Below are positions 12,677-27,600 of a stretch of 64,000 bases of DNA, one piece after another. The stretch is from contig CM082587.2 of assembly GCA_040954595.2 (NCBI GenBank), positions 9,677,403 to 9,741,402 on the forward strand, in the 5' to 3' direction. The DNA comes from Balanoglossus misakiensis (Eukaryota; Animalia; Hemichordata). The notes beneath the pieces are model-generated. The model had not been told where the DNA came from, searched no databases, and saw only the letters and a program-made list of their open reading frames with translations. Position numbers and translations under genes: made by a program. Positions within the stretch are counted from its first letter, which is position 1. The number at the start of each line of letters is the position of its first letter.

Positions 12677-15600
12677 AGGTCACCACTTCATAAGCGGTCT
12701 TACCCGTCATTGGCACAAACAGTCTCAGGAAGTAAGCTTTCAGCCTACCAATGTAGCTATTGTATTTTCCACTTTTTGTAAGTGAAGCCTGACTGTCGCC
12801 TGTCTTAGGTCACCACTTCATAAGCGGTCTTACCCGTCATTGGCAAAAACAGTCTCAGGAAGTAAGCTTTCAGCCTACCAATGTAGCTATTATATTTTCC
12901 ACTTTTTGTAAGGGAAGCCTGACTGTCGCCTGTCTTAGGTCACCACTTCATAAGCGGTCTTACCCGTCATTGGCACAAACAGTCTCAGGAAGTAAGCTTT
13001 CAGCCTACCAATGTAGCTATTATATTTTCCACTTTTTGTAAGTGAAGCCTGACTGTCGCCTGTCTTAGGTCACCACTTCGTAAGCGGTCTTACCCGTCAT
13101 TGGCACAAACAGTCTCAGGAAGTAAGCTTTCAACCTACCAATGTAGCTATTGTATTTTCCACTTTTTGTAAGTGAAGCCTGACTGTCGCCTGTCTTAGGT
13201 CACCACTTCTTAAGCGGTCTTACCTGTCATTGGCACAAACAGTCTCAGGAAGTAAGCTTTCAGCCTACCAATGTAGCTATTGTATTTTCCACTTTTTGTA
13301 AGTGAAGCCTGACTGTCGCCTGTCTTAGGTCACCACTTCATAAGCGGTCTTACCCGTCATTGGCACAAACAGTCTCAGGAAGTAAGCTTTCAGCCTACCA
13401 ATGAAGCTATTGTATTTTCCACTTTTTGTAAGTGAAGCCTGACTGTCGCCTGTCTTAGGTCACCACTTCATAAGCGGTCTTACCCGTCATTGGCACAAAC
13501 AGTCTCAGGAAGTAAGCTTTCAGCCTACCAATGAAGCTATTGTATTTTCCACTTTTTGTAAGTGAAGCCTGACTGTCGCCTGTCTTAGGTCACCACTTCA
13601 TAAGCGGTCTTACCCGTCATTGGCACAAACAGTCTCAGGAAGTAAGCTTTCAGCCTACCAATGTAGCTATTGTATTTTCCACTTTTTGTAAGTGAAGCCT
13701 GACTGTCGCCTGTCTTAGGTCACCACTTCATAAGCGGTCTTACCCCTCATTGGCAAAAACAGTCTCAGGAAGTAAGCTTTCAGCCTACCAATGTAGCTAT
13801 TATATTTTCCACTTTTTGTAAGGGAAGCCTGACTGTCGCCTGTCTTAGGTCACCACTTCATAAGCGGTCTTACCCGTCATTGGCACAAACAGTCTCAGGA
13901 AGTAAGCTTTCAGCCTACCAATGTAGCTATTATATTTTCCACTTTTTGTAAGTGAAGCCTGACTGTCGCCTGTCTTAGGTCACCACTTCGTAAGCGGTCT
14001 TACCCGTCATTGGCACAAACAGTCTCAGGAAGTAAGCTTTCAGCCTACCAATGTAGCTATTGTATTTTCCACTTTTTGTAAGTGAAGCCTGACTGTCGCC
14101 TGTCTTAGGTCACCGCTTCATAAGCGGTCTTACCTGTCATTGGCACAAACAGTCTCAGGAAGTAAGCTTTCAGCCTACCAATGTAGCTATTGTATTTTCC
14201 ACTTTTTGTAAGTGAAGCCTGACTGTCGCCTGTCTTAGGTCACCACTTCATAAGCGGTCTTACCCGTCATTGGCACAAACAGTCTCAGGAAGTAAGCTTT
14301 CAGCCTACCAATGAAGCTATTGTATTTTCCACTTTTTGTAAGTGAAGCCTGACTGTCGCCTGTCTTAGGTCACCACTTCATAAGCGGTCTTACCCGTCAT
14401 TGGCACAAACAGTCTCAGGAAGTAAGCTTTCAGCCTACCAATGAAGCTATTGTATTTTCCACTTTTTGTAAGTGAAGCCTGACTGTCGCCTGTCTTAGGT
14501 CACCACTTCATAAGCGGTCTTACCCGTCATTGGCACAAACAGTCTCAGGAAGTAAGCTTTCAGCCTACCAATGTAGCTATTGTATTTTCCACTTTTTGTA
14601 AGTGAAGCCTGACTGTCGCCTGTCTTATGTCACCACTTCATAAGCGGTCTTACCCGTCATTGGCACAAACAGTCTCAGGAAGTAAGCTTTCAGCCTACCA
14701 ATGTAGCTATTGTATTTTCCACTTTTTGTAAGTGAAGCCTGACTGTCGCCTGTCTTAGGTCACCACTTCATAAGCGGTCTTACCCGTCATTGGCACAAAC
14801 AGTCTCAGGAAGTAAGCTTTCAGCCTACCAATGTAGCTATTGTATTTTCCACTTTTTGTAAGTGAAGCCTGACTGTCGCCTGTCTTAGGTCACCACTTCA
14901 TAAGCGGTCTTACCCGTCATTGGCACAAACAGTCTCAGGAAGTAAGCTTTCAGCCTACCAATGTAGCTATTGTATTTTCCACTTTTTGTAAGTGAAGCCT
15001 GACTGTCGCCTGTCTTAGGTCACCACTTCATAAGCGGTCTTACCTGTCATTGGCACAAACAGTCTCAGGAAGTAAGCTTTCAGCCTACCAATGTAGCTAT
15101 TGTATTTTCCACTTTTTGTAAGTGAAGCCTGACTGTCGCCTGTCTTAGGTCACCACTTCATAAGCGGTCTTACCCATCATTGGCACAAACAGTCTCAGGA
15201 AGTAAGCTTTCAGCCTACCAATGTAGCTATTGTATTTTCCACTTTTTGTAAGTGAAGCCTGACTGTCGCCAGTCTTAGGTCACCACTTCATAAGCGGTCT
15301 TACCCGTAATTGGCACAAACAGTCTCAGGAAGTAAGCTTTAAGCCTACCAATGTAGCTATTGTATTTTCCACTTTTTGTAAGTGAAGCCTGACTGTCGCC
15401 TGTCTTAGGTCACCACTTCATAAGCGGTCTTACCCGTCATTGGCACAAACAGTCTCAGGAAGTAAGCTTTCAGCCTACCAATGTAGCTATTGTATTTTCC
15501 ACTTTTTGTAAGTGAAGCCTGACTGTCGCCTGTCTTAGGTCACCACTTCATAAGCGGTCTTACCCGTCATTGGCACAAACAGTCTCAGGAAGTAAGCTTT

Positions 15601-18600
15601 CAGCCTACCAATGTAGCTATTGTATTTTCCACTTTTTGTAAGTGAAGCCTGACTGTCACCTGTCTTAGGTCACCACTTCATAAGCGGTCTTACCCGTCAT
15701 TGGCACAAACAGTCTCAGGAAGTAAGCTTTCAGCCTACCAATGTAGCTATTGTATTTTCCACTTTTTGTAAGTGAAGCCTGACTGTCGCCTGTCTTAGGT
15801 CACCACTTCATAAGCGGTCTTACCCATCATTGGCACAAACAGTCTCAGGAAGTAAGCTTTCAGCCTACCAATGTAGCTATTGTATTTTCCACTTTTTGTA
15901 AGTGAAGCCTGACTGTCGCCAGTCTTAGGTCACCACTTCATAAGCGGTCGTACCCGTAATTGGCACAAACAGTCTCAGGAAGTAAGCTTTCAGCCTACCA
16001 ATGTAGCTATTGTATTTTCCACTTTTTGTAAGTGAAGCCTGACTGTCGCCTGTCTTAGGTCACCACTTCATAAGCGGTCTTACCCGTCATTGGCACAAAC
16101 AGTCTCAGGAAGTAAGCTTTCAGCCTACCAATGAAGCTATTGTATTTTCCACTTTTTGTAAGTGAAGCCTGACTGTCGCCTGTCTTAGGTCACCACTTCA
16201 TAAGCGGTCTTACCCGTCATTGGCACAAACAGTCTCAGGAAGTAAGCTTTCAGCCTACCAATGAAGCTATTGTATTTTCCACTTTTTGTAAGTGAAGCCT
16301 GACTGTCGTCTGTCTTAGGTCACCACTTCATAAGCGGTCTTACCCGTCATTGGCACCAACTGTCTCAGGAAGTAAGCTTTCAGCCTACCAATGAAGCTAT
16401 TGTATTTTCCACTTTTTGTAAGTGAAGCCTGACTGTCGCCTGTCTTAGGTGACCACTTCATAAGCGGTCTTACCCGTCATTGGCACCAACTGTCTCAGGA
16501 AGTAAGCTTTCAGCCTACCAATGAAGCTATTGTATTTTCCACTTTTTGTAAGTGAAGCCTGACTGTCGCCTGTCTTAGGTCACCACTTCATAAGCGGTCT
16601 TACCCGTCATTGGCACAAACAGTCTCAGGAAGTAAGCTTTCAGCCTACCAATGAAGCTATTGTATTTTCCACTTTGTGTAAGTGAAGCCTGACTGTCGCC
16701 TGTCTTAGGTCACCACTTCATAAGCGGTCTTACCCGTCATTGGCACAAACAGTCTCAGGTAGTAAGCTTTCAGCCTACCAATGAAGCTATTGTATTTTCC
16801 ACTTTTTGTAAGTGAAGCCTGACTGTCGCCTGTCTTAGGTCACCACTTCATAAGCGGTCTTACCCGTCATTGGCACAAACAGTCTCAGGAAGTAAGCTTT
16901 CAGCCTACCAATGTAGCTATTGTATTTTCCACTTTTTGTAAGTGAAGCCTGACTGTCGCCTGTCTTAGGTCACAACTTCATAAGCGGTCTTACCCGTCAT
17001 TGGCACAAACAGTCTCAGGACGTAAGCTTTCAGCCTACCAATGAAGCCTTTGTATTTTCCACTTTTTGTAAGTGAAGCCTGACTGTCGCCTGTCTTAGGT
17101 CACCACTTCATAAGCGGTCTTACCCGTCATTGGCACAAACAGTCTCAGGAAGTAAGCTTTCAGCCTACCAATGAAGCTATTGTATTTTCCACTTTTTGTA
17201 AGTGAAGCCTGACTGTCGCCTGTCTTAGGTCACCACTTCATAAGCGGTCTTACCCGTCATTGGCACAAACAGTCTCAGGACGTAAGCTTTCAGCCTACCA
17301 ATGAAGCCTTTGTATTTTCCACTTTTTGTAAGTGAAGCCTGACTGTCGCCTGTCTTAGGTCACCACTTCATAAGCGGTCTTACCCGTCATTGGCACAAAC
17401 AGTCTCAGGAAGTAAGCTTTCAGCCTACCAATGAAGCTATTGTATTTTCCACTTTTTGTAAGTGAAGCCTGACTGTCGCCTGTCTTAGGTCACCACTTCA
17501 TAAGCGGTCTTACCCGTCATTGGCACAAACAGTCTCAGGAAGTAAGCTTTCAGCCTACCAATGTAGCTATTGTATTTTCCACTTTTTGTAAGTGAAGCCT
17601 GACTGTCGCCTGTCTTAGGTCACCACTTCATAAGCGGTCTTACCCGTCATTGGCACAAACAGTCTCAGGAAGTTAGCTTTCAGCCTACCAATGTAGCTAT
17701 TGTATTTTCCACTTTTTGTAAGTGAAGCCTGACTGTCACCTGTCTTAGGTCACCACTTCATAAGCGGTCTTACCCGTCATTGGCACAAACAGTCTCAGGA
17801 AGTAAGCTTTCAGCCTACCAATGTAGCTATTGTATTTTCCACTTTTTGTAAGTGAAGCCTGACTGTCGCCTGTCTTAGGTCACCACTTCATAAGCGGTCT
17901 TACCCATCATTGGCACAAACAGTCTCAGGAAGTAAGCTTTCAGCCTACCAATGTAGCTATTGTATTTTCCACTTTTTGTAAGTGAAGCCTGACTGTCGCC
18001 AGTCTTAGGTCACCACTTCATAAGCGGTCTTACCCGTAATTGGCACAAACAGTCTCAGGAAGTAAGCTTTCAGCCTACCAATGTAGCTATTGTATTTTCC
18101 ACTTTTTGTAAGTGAAGCCTGACTGTCGCCTGTCTTAGGTCACCACTTCATAAGCGGTCTTACCCGTCATTGGCACAAACAGTCTCAGGAAGTAAGCTTT
18201 CAGCCTACCAATGTAGCTATTGTATTTTCCACTTTTTGTAAGTGAAGCCTGACTGTCGCCTGTCTTAGGTCACCACTTCATAAGCGGTCTTACCCGTCAT
18301 TGGCACAAACAGTCTCAGGAAGTAAGCTTTCAGCCTACCAATGTAGCTATTGTATTTTCCACTTTTTGTAAGTGAAGCCTGACTGTCACCTGTCTTAGGT
18401 CACCACTTCATAAGCGGTCTTACCCGTCATTGGCACAAACAGTCTCAGGAAGTAAGCTTTCAGCCTACCAATGTAGCTATTGTATTTTCCACTTTTTGTA
18501 AGTGAAGCCTGACTGTCGCCAGTCTTAGGTCACCACTTCATAAGCGGTCTTACCCGTAATTGGCACAAACAGTCTCAGGAAGTAAGCTTTCAGCCTACCA

Positions 18601-21600
18601 ATGTAGCTATTGTATTTTCCACTTTTTGTAAGTGAAGCCTGACTGTCGCCTGTCTTAGGTCACCACTTCATAAGCGGTCTTACCCGTCATTGGCAGAAAC
18701 AGTCTCAGGAAGTAAGCTTTCAGCCTACCAATGTAGCTATTGTATTTTCCACTTTTTGTAAGTGAAGCCTGACTGTCGCCTGTCTTAGGTCACCACTTCA
18801 TAAGCGGTCTTACCCGTCATTGGCACAAACAGTCTCAGGAAGTAAGCTTTCAGCCTACCAATGAAGCTATTGTATTTTCCACTTTTTGTAAGTGAAGCCT
18901 GAATGTCGCCTGTCTTAGGTCACCACTTCATAAGCGGTCTTACCCGTCATTGGCACAAACAGTCTCAGGAAGTAAGCTTTCAGCCTACCAATGAAGCTAT
19001 TGTATTTTCCACTTTTTGTAAGTGAAGCCTGACTGTCGCCTGTCTTAGGTCACCACTTCATAAGCGGTCTTACCCGTCATTGGCACAAACAGTCTTAGGA
19101 AGTAAGCTTTCAGCCTACCAATGAAGCTATTGTATTTTCCACTTTTTGTAAGTGAAGCCTGACTGTCGTCTGTCTTAGGTCACCACTTCATAAGCGGTCT
19201 TACCCGTCATTGGCACAAACAGTCTCAGGAAGTAAGCTTTCAGCCTACCAATGTAGCTATTGTATTTTCCACTTTTTGTAAGTGAAGCCTGACTGTCGCC
19301 TGTCTTAGGTCACCACTTCATAAGCGGTCTTACCCGTCATTGGCACAAACAGTCTCAGGAAGTAAGCTTTCAGCCTACCAATGTAGCTATTGTATTTTCC
19401 ACTTTTTGTAAATGAAGCCTGACTGTCGCCTGTCTTAGGTCACCACTTCATAAGCGGTCTTACCCGTCATTGGCACAAACAGTTTCAGGAAGTAAGCTTT
19501 CAGCCTACCAATGTAGCTATTGTATTTTCCACTTTTTGTAAGTGAAGCCTGACTGTCGCCTGTCTTAGGTCACCACTTCATAAGCGGTCTTACCCATCAT
19601 TGGCACAAACAGTCTCAGGAAGTAAGCTTTCAGCCTACCAATGTAGCTATTGTATTTTCCACTTTTTGTAAGTGAAGCCTGACTGTCGCCAGTCTTAGGT
19701 CACCACTTCATAAGCGGTCTTACCCGTAATTGGCACAAACAGTCTCAGGAAGTAAGCTTTCAGCCTACCAATGTAGCTATTGTATTTTCCACTTTTTGTA
19801 AGTGAAGCCTGACTGTCGCCTGTCTTAGGTCACCACTTCATAAGCGGTCTTACCCGTCATTGGCAGAAACAGTCTCAGGAAGTAAGCTTTCAGCCTACCA
19901 ATGTAGCTATTGTATTTTCCACTTTTTGTAAGTGAAGCCTGACTGTCGCCTGTCTTAGGTCACCACTTCATAAGCGGTCTTACCCGTCATTGGCACAAAC
20001 AGTCTCAGGAAGTAAGCTTTCAGCCTACCAATGTAGCTATTGTATTTTCCACTTTTTGTAAGTGAAGCCTGACTGTCGCCTGTCTTAGGTCACCACTTCA
20101 TAAGCGGTCTTACCCGTCATTGGCACAAACAGTCTCAGGAAGTAAGCTTTCAGCCTACCAATGAAGCTATTGTATTTTCCACTTTTTGTAAGTGAAGCCT
20201 GACTGTCGCCTGTCTTAGGTCAACACTTCATAAGCGGTCTTACCCGTCATTGGCACAAACAGTCTCAGGAAGTAAGCTTTCAGCCTACCAATGAAGCTAT
20301 TGTATTTTCCACTTTTTGTAAGTGAAGCCTGACTGTCGTCTGTCTTAGGTCACCACTTCATAAGCGGTCTTACCCGTCATTGGCACAAACAGTCTCAGGA
20401 AGTAAGCTTTCAGCCTACCAATGTAGCTATTGTATTTTCCACTTTTTGTAAGTGAAGCCTGACTGTCGCCAGTCTTAGGTCTCCACTTCATAAGCGGTCT
20501 TACCCGTCATTGGCACTAACAGTCTCAGGAAGTAAGCTTTCAGCCTACCAATGTAGCTATTGTATTTTCCACTTTTTGTAAGTGAAGCCTGACTGTCACC
20601 TGTCTTAGGTCACCACTTCATAAGCGGTCTTACCCGTCATTGGCACAAACAGTCTCAGGAAGTAAGCTTTCAGCCTACCAATGTAGCTATTGTATTTTCC
20701 ACTTTTTGTAAGTGAAGCCTGACTGTCGCCTGTCTTAGGTCACCACTTCATAAGCGGTCTTACCCGTCATTGGCACAAACAGTCTCAGGAAGTAAGCTTT
20801 CAGCCTACCAATGTAGCTATTGTATTTTCCACTTTTTGTAAGTGAAGCCTGACTGTCGCCTGTCTTAGGTCACCACTTCATAAGCGGTCTTACCCGTCAT
20901 TGGCACAAACAGTCTCAGGAAGTAAGCTTTCAGCCTACCAATGTAGCTATTGTATTTTCCACTTTTTGTAAGTGAAGCCTGACTGTCGCCTGTCTTAGGT
21001 CACCACTTCATAAGCGGTCTTACCCGTCATTGGCACAAACAGTCTCAGGAAGTAAGCTTTCAGCCTACCAATGTAGCTATTGTATTTTCAACTTTTTGTA
21101 AGTGAAGCCTGACTGTCGCCAGTCTTAGGTCACCACTTTATAAGCGGTCTTACCCGTCATTGGCACAAACAGTCTCAGGAAGTAAGCTTTCAGCCTACCA
21201 ATGTAGCTATTGTATTTTCCACTTTTTGTAAGTGAAGCCTGACTGTCGCCTGTCTTAGGTCACCACTTCATAAGCGGTCTTACCCATCATTGGCACAAAC
21301 AGTCTCAGGAAGTAAGCTTTCAGCCTACCAATGTAGCTATTGTATTTTCCACTTTTTGTAAGTGAAGCCTGACTGTCGCCTGTCTTAGGTCACCACTTCA
21401 TAAGCGGTCTTACCCGTCATTGGCACAAACAGTCTCAGGAAGTAAGCTTTCAGCCTACCAATGTAGCTATTGTATTTTCCACTTTTTGTAAGTGAAGCCT
21501 GACTGTCGCCAGTCTTAGGTCACCACTTCATAAGCGGTCTTACCCGTCATTGGCACAAACAGTCTCAGGAAGTAAGCTTTCAGCCTACCAATGTAGCTAT

Positions 21601-24600
21601 TGTATTTTCCACTTTTTGTAAGTGAAGCCTGACTGTCGCCTGTCTTAGGTCACCACTTCATAAGCGGTCTTACCCGTCATTGGCAGAAACAGTCTCAGGA
21701 AGTAAGCTTTCAGCCTACCAATGAAGCTATTGTATTTTCCACTTTTTGTAAGTGAAGCCTGACTGTCGCCTGTCTTAGGTCACCACTTCATAAGCGGTCT
21801 TACCCGTCATTGGCACAAACAGTCTCAGGAAGTAAGCTTTCAGCCTACCAATGAAGCTATTGTATTTTCCACTTTTTGTAAGTGAAGCCTGACTGTCGCC
21901 TGTCTTAGGTCACCACTTCATAAGCGGTCTTACCCGTCATTGGCACCAACTGTCTCAGGAAGTAAGCTTTCAGCCTACCAATGAAGCTATTGTATTTTCC
22001 ACTTTTTGTAAGTGAAGCCTGACTGTCGCCTGTCTTAGGTCACCACTTCATAAGCGGTCTTACCCGTCATTGGCACCAACTGTCTCAGGAAGTAAGCTTT
22101 CAGCCTACCAATGAAGCTATTGTATTTTCCACTTTTTGTAAGTGAAGCCTGACTGTCGCCTGTCTTAGGTCACCACTTCATAAGCGGTCTTACCCGTCAT
22201 TGGCACAAACAGTCTCAGGAAGTAAGCTTTCAGCCTACCAATGTAGCTATTGTATTTTCCACTTTTTGTAAGTGAAGCCTGACTGTCGCCTGTCTTAGGT
22301 CACCACTTCATAAGCGGTCTTACCCGTCATTGGCACAAACAGTCTCAGGAAGTAAGCTTTCAGCCTACCAATGAAGCTATTGTATTTTCCACTTTGTGTA
22401 AGTGAAGCCTGACTGTCGCCTGTCTTAGGTCACCACTTCATAAGCGGTCTTACCCGTCATTGGCACAAACAGTCTCAGGAAGTAAGCTTTCAGCCTACCA
22501 ATGAAGCTATTGTATTTTCCACTTTTTGTAAGTGAAGCCTGACTGTCGCCTGTCTTAGGTGACCACTTCATAAGCGGTCTTACCCGTCATTGGCACAAAC
22601 AGTCTCAGGAAGTAAGCTTTCAGCCTACCAATGAAGCTATTGTATTTTCCACTTTTTGTAAGTGAAGCCTGACTGTCGCCTGTCTTAGGTGACCACTTCA
22701 TAAGCGGTCTTACCCGTCATTGGCAGAAACAGTCTCAGGAAGTAAGCTTTCAGCCTACCAATGAAGCTATTGTATTTTCCACTTTTTGTAAGTGAAGCCT
22801 GACTGTCGCCTGTCTTAGGTCACCACTTCATAAGCGGTCTTACCCGTCATTGGCACAAACAGTCTCAGGAAGTAAGCTTTCAGCCTACCAATGAAGCTAT
22901 TGTATTTTCCACTTTTTGTAAGTGAAGCCTGACTGTCGCCTGTCTTAGGTCACCACTTCATAAGCGGTCTTACCCGTCATTGGCACCAACTGTCTCAGGA
23001 AGTAAGCTTTCAGCCTACCAATGAAGCTATTGTATTTTCCACTTTTTGTAAGTGAAGCCTGACTGTCGCCTGTCTTAGGTCACCACTTCATAAGCGGTCT
23101 TACCCGTCATTGGCACCAACTGTCTCAGGAAGTAAGCTTTCAGCCTACCAATGAAGCTATTGTATTTTCCACTTTTTGTAAGTGAAGCCTGACTGTCGCC
23201 TGTCTTAGGTCACCACTTCATAAGCGGTCTTACCCGTCATTGGCACAAACAGTCTCAGGAAGTAAGCTTTCAGCCTACCAATGTAGCTATTGTATTTTCC
23301 ACTTTTTGTAAGTGAAGCCTGACTGTCGCCTGTCTTAGGTCACCACTTCATAAGCGGTCTTACCCGTCATTGGCACAAACAGTCTCAGGAAGTAAGCTTT
23401 CAGCCTACCAATGAAGCTATTGTATTTTCCACTTTGTGTAAGTGAAGCCTGACTGTCGCCTGTCTTAGGTCACCACTTCATAAGCGGTCTTACCCGTCAT
23501 TGGCACAAACAGTCTCAGGAAGTAAGCTTTCAGCCTACCAATGAAGCTATTGTATTTTCCACTTTTTGTAAGTGAAGCCTGACTGTCGCCTGTCTTAGGT
23601 GACCACTTCATAAGCGGTCTTACCCGTCATTGGCACCAACTGTCTCAGGAAGTAAGCTTTCAGCCTACCAATGAAGCTATTGTATTTTCCACTTTTTGTA
23701 AGTGAAGCCTGACTGTCGCCTGTCTTAGGTCACCACTTCATAAGTGGTCTTACCCGTCATTGGCACAAACAGTCTCAGGAAGTAAGCTTTCAGCCTACCA
23801 ATGTAGCTATTGTATTTTCCACTTTTTGTAAGTGAAGCCTGACTGTCGCCTGTCTTAGGTCACCACTTCATAAGCGGTCTTACCCGTCATTGGCACAAAC
23901 AGTCTCAGGAAGTAAGCTTTCAGCCTACCAATGAAGCTATTGTATTTTCCGCTTTTTGTAAGTGAAGCCTGACTGTCGCCTGTCTTAGGTCACCACTTCA
24001 TAAGCGGTCTTACCCGTCATTGGCACAAACAGTCTCAGGTAGTAAGCTTTCAGCCTACCAATGTAGCTATTGTATTTTCCACTTTTTGTAAGTGAAGCCT
24101 GACTGTCGCCAGTCTTAGGTCACCACTTCATAAGCGGTCTTACCCGTCATTGGCACAAACAGTCTCAGGAAGTAAGCTTTCAGCCTACCAATGTAGCTAT
24201 TGTATTTTCCACTTTTTGTAAGTGAAGCCTGACTGTCGCCTGTCTTAGGTCACCACTTCATAAGCGGTCTTACCCGTCATTGGCAGAAACAGTCTCAGGA
24301 AGTAAGCTTTCAGCCTACCAATGAAGCTATTGTATTTTCCACTTTTTGTAAGTGAAGCCTGACTGTCGCCTGTCTTAGGTCACCACTTCATAAGCGGTCT
24401 TACCCGTCATTGGCACAAACAGTCTCAGGAAGTAAGCTTTCAGCCTACCAATGAAGCTATTGTATTTTCCACTTTTTGTAAGTGAAGCCTGACTGTCGCC
24501 TGTCTTAGGTCACCACTTCATAAGCGGTCTTACCCGTCATTGGCACCAACTGTCTCAGGAAGTAAGCTTTCAGCCTACCAATGAAGCTATTGTATTTTCC

Positions 24601-27600
24601 ACTTTTTGTAAGTGAAGCCTGACTGTCGCCTGTCTTAGGTCACCACTTCATAAGCGGTCTTACCCGTCATTGGCACCAACTGTCTCAGGAAGTAAGCTTT
24701 CAGCCTACCAATGAAGCTATTGTATTTTCCACTTTTTGTAAGTGAAGCCTGACTGTCGCCTGTCTTAGGTCACCACTTCATAAGCGGTCTTACCCGTCAT
24801 TGGCACAAACAGTCTCAGGAAGTAAGCTTTCAGCCTACCAATGTAGCTATTGTATTTTCCACTTTTTGTAAGTGAAGCCTGACTGTCGCCTGTCTTAGGT
24901 CACCACTTCATAAGCGGTCTTACCCGTCATTGGCACAAACAGTCTCAGGAAGTAAGCTTTCAGCCTACCAATGAAGCTATTGTATTTTCCACTTTGTGTA
25001 AGTGAAGCCTGACTGTCGCCTGTCTTAGGTCACCACTTCATAAGCGGTCTTACCCGTCATTGGCACAAACAGTCTCAGGAAGTAAGCTTTCAGCCTACCA
25101 ATGAAGCTATTGTATTTTCCACTTTTTGTAAGTGAAGCCTGACTGTCGCCTGTCTTAGGTGACCACTTCATAAGCGGTCTTACCCGTCATTGGCACCAAC
25201 TGTCTCAGGAAGTAAGCTTTCAGCCTACCAATGAAGCTATTGTATTTTCCACTTTTTGTAAGTGAAGCCTGACTGTCGCCTGTCTTAGGTCACCACTTCA
25301 TAAGTGGTCTTACCCGTCATTGGCACAAACAGTCTCAGGAAGTAAGCTTTCAGCCTACCAATGTAGCTATTGTATTTTCCACTTTTTGTAAGTGAAGCCT
25401 GACTGTCGCCTGTCTTAGGTCACCACTTCATAAGCGGTCTTACCCGTCATTGGCACAAACAGTCTCAGGACGTAAGCTTTCAGCCTACCAATGAAGCCTT
25501 TGTATTTTCCACTTTTTGTAAGTGAAGCCTGACTGTCGCCTGTCTTAGGTCACCACTTCATAAGCGGTCTTACCCGTCATTGGCACAAACAGTCTCAGGA
25601 AGTAAGCTTTCAGCCTACCAATGAAGCTATTGTATTTTCCACTTTTTGTAAGTGAAGCCTGACTGTCGCCTGTCTTAGGTCACCACTTCATAAGCGGTCT
25701 TACCCGTCATTGGCACAAACAGTCTCAGGACGTAAGCTTTCAGCCTACCAATGAAGCTATTGTATTTTCCACTTTTTGTAAGTGAAGCCTGACTGTCGCC
25801 TGTCTTAGGTCACCACTTCATAAGCGGTCTTACCCGTCATTGGCACAAACAGTCTCAGGACGTAAGCTTTCAGCCTACCAATGTAGCTATTGTATTTTCC
25901 ACTTTTTGTAAGTGAAGCCTGACTGTCGCCTGTCTTAGGTCACCACTTCATAAGCGGTCTTACCCGTCATTGGCACAAACAGTCTCAGGAAGTAAGCTTT
26001 CAGCCTACCAATGAAGCTATTGTATTTTCCACTTTTTGTAAGTGAAGCCTGACTGTCGCCTGTCTTAGGTGACCACTTCATAAGCGGTCTTACCCGTCAT
26101 TGGCACCAACTGTCTCAGGAAGTAAGCTTTCAGCCTACCAATGAAGCTATTGTATTTTCCACTTTTTGTAAGTGAAGCCTGACTGTCGCCTGTCTTAGGT
26201 CACCACTTCATAAGTGGTCTTACCCGTCATTGGCACAAACAGTCTCAGGAAGTAAGCTTTCAGCCTACCAATGTAGCTATTGTATTTTCCACTTTTTGTA
26301 AGTGAAGCCTGACTGTCGCCTGTCTTAGGTCACCACTTCATAAGCGGTCTTACCCGTCATTGGCACAAACAGTCTCAGGACGTAAGCTTTCAGCCTACCA
26401 ATGAAGCCTTTGTATTTTCCACTTTTTGTAAGTGAAGCCTGACTGTCGCCTGTCTTAGGTCACCACTTCATAAGCGGTCTTACCCGTCATTGGCACAAAC
26501 AGTCTCAGGAAGTAAGCTTTCAGCCTACCAATGAAGCTATTGTATTTTCCACTTTTTGTAAGTGAAGCCTGACTGTCGCCTGTCTTAGGTCACCACTTCA
26601 TAAGCGGTCTTACCCGTCATTGGCACAAACAGTCTCAGGACGTAAGCTTTCAGCCTACCAATGAAGCTATTGTATTTTCCACTTTTTGTAAGTGAAGCCT
26701 GACTGTCGCCTGTCTTAGGTCACCACTTCATAAGCGGTCTTACCCGTCATTGGCACAAACAGTCTCAGGACGTAAGCTTTCAGCCTACCAATGTAGCTAT
26801 TGTATTTTCCACTTTTTGTAAGTGAAGCCTGACTGTCGCCTGTCTTAGGTCACCACTTCATAAGCGGTCTTACCCGTCATTGGCACAAACAGTCTCAGGA
26901 CGTAAGCTTTCAGCCTACCAATGAAGCCTTTGTATTTTCCACTTTTTGTAAGTGAAGCCTGACTGTCGCCTGTCTTAGGTCACCACTTCATAAGCGGTCT
27001 TACCCGTCATTGGCACAAACAGTCTCAGGAAGTAAGCTTTCAGCCTACCAATGAAGCTATTGTATTTTCCACTTTTTGTAAGTGAAGCCTGACTGTCGCC
27101 TGTCTTAGGTCACCACTTCATAAGCGGTCTTACCCGTCATTGGCACAAACAGTCTCAGGACGTAAGCTTTCAGCCTACCAATGAAGCTATTGTATTTTCC
27201 ACTTTTTGTAAGTGAAGCCTGACTGTCGCCTGTCTTAGGTCACCACTTCATAAGCGGTCTTACCCGTCATTGGCACAAACAGTCTCAAGACGTAAGCTTT
27301 CAGCCTACCAATGTAGCTATTGTATTTTCCACTTTTTGTAAGTGAAGCCTGACTGTCGCCTGTCTTAGGTCACCACTTCATAAGCGGTCTTACCCGTCAT
27401 TGGCACAAACAGTCTCAGGACGTAAGCTTTCAGCCTACCAATGAAGCTATTGTATTTTCCACTTTTTGTAAGTGAAGCCTGACTGTCGCCTGTCTTAGGT
27501 CACCACTTCATAAGCGGTCTTACCCGTCATTGGCACCAACTGTCTCAGGAAGTAAGCTTTCAGCCTACCAATGAAGCTATTGTATTTTCCACTTTTTGTA

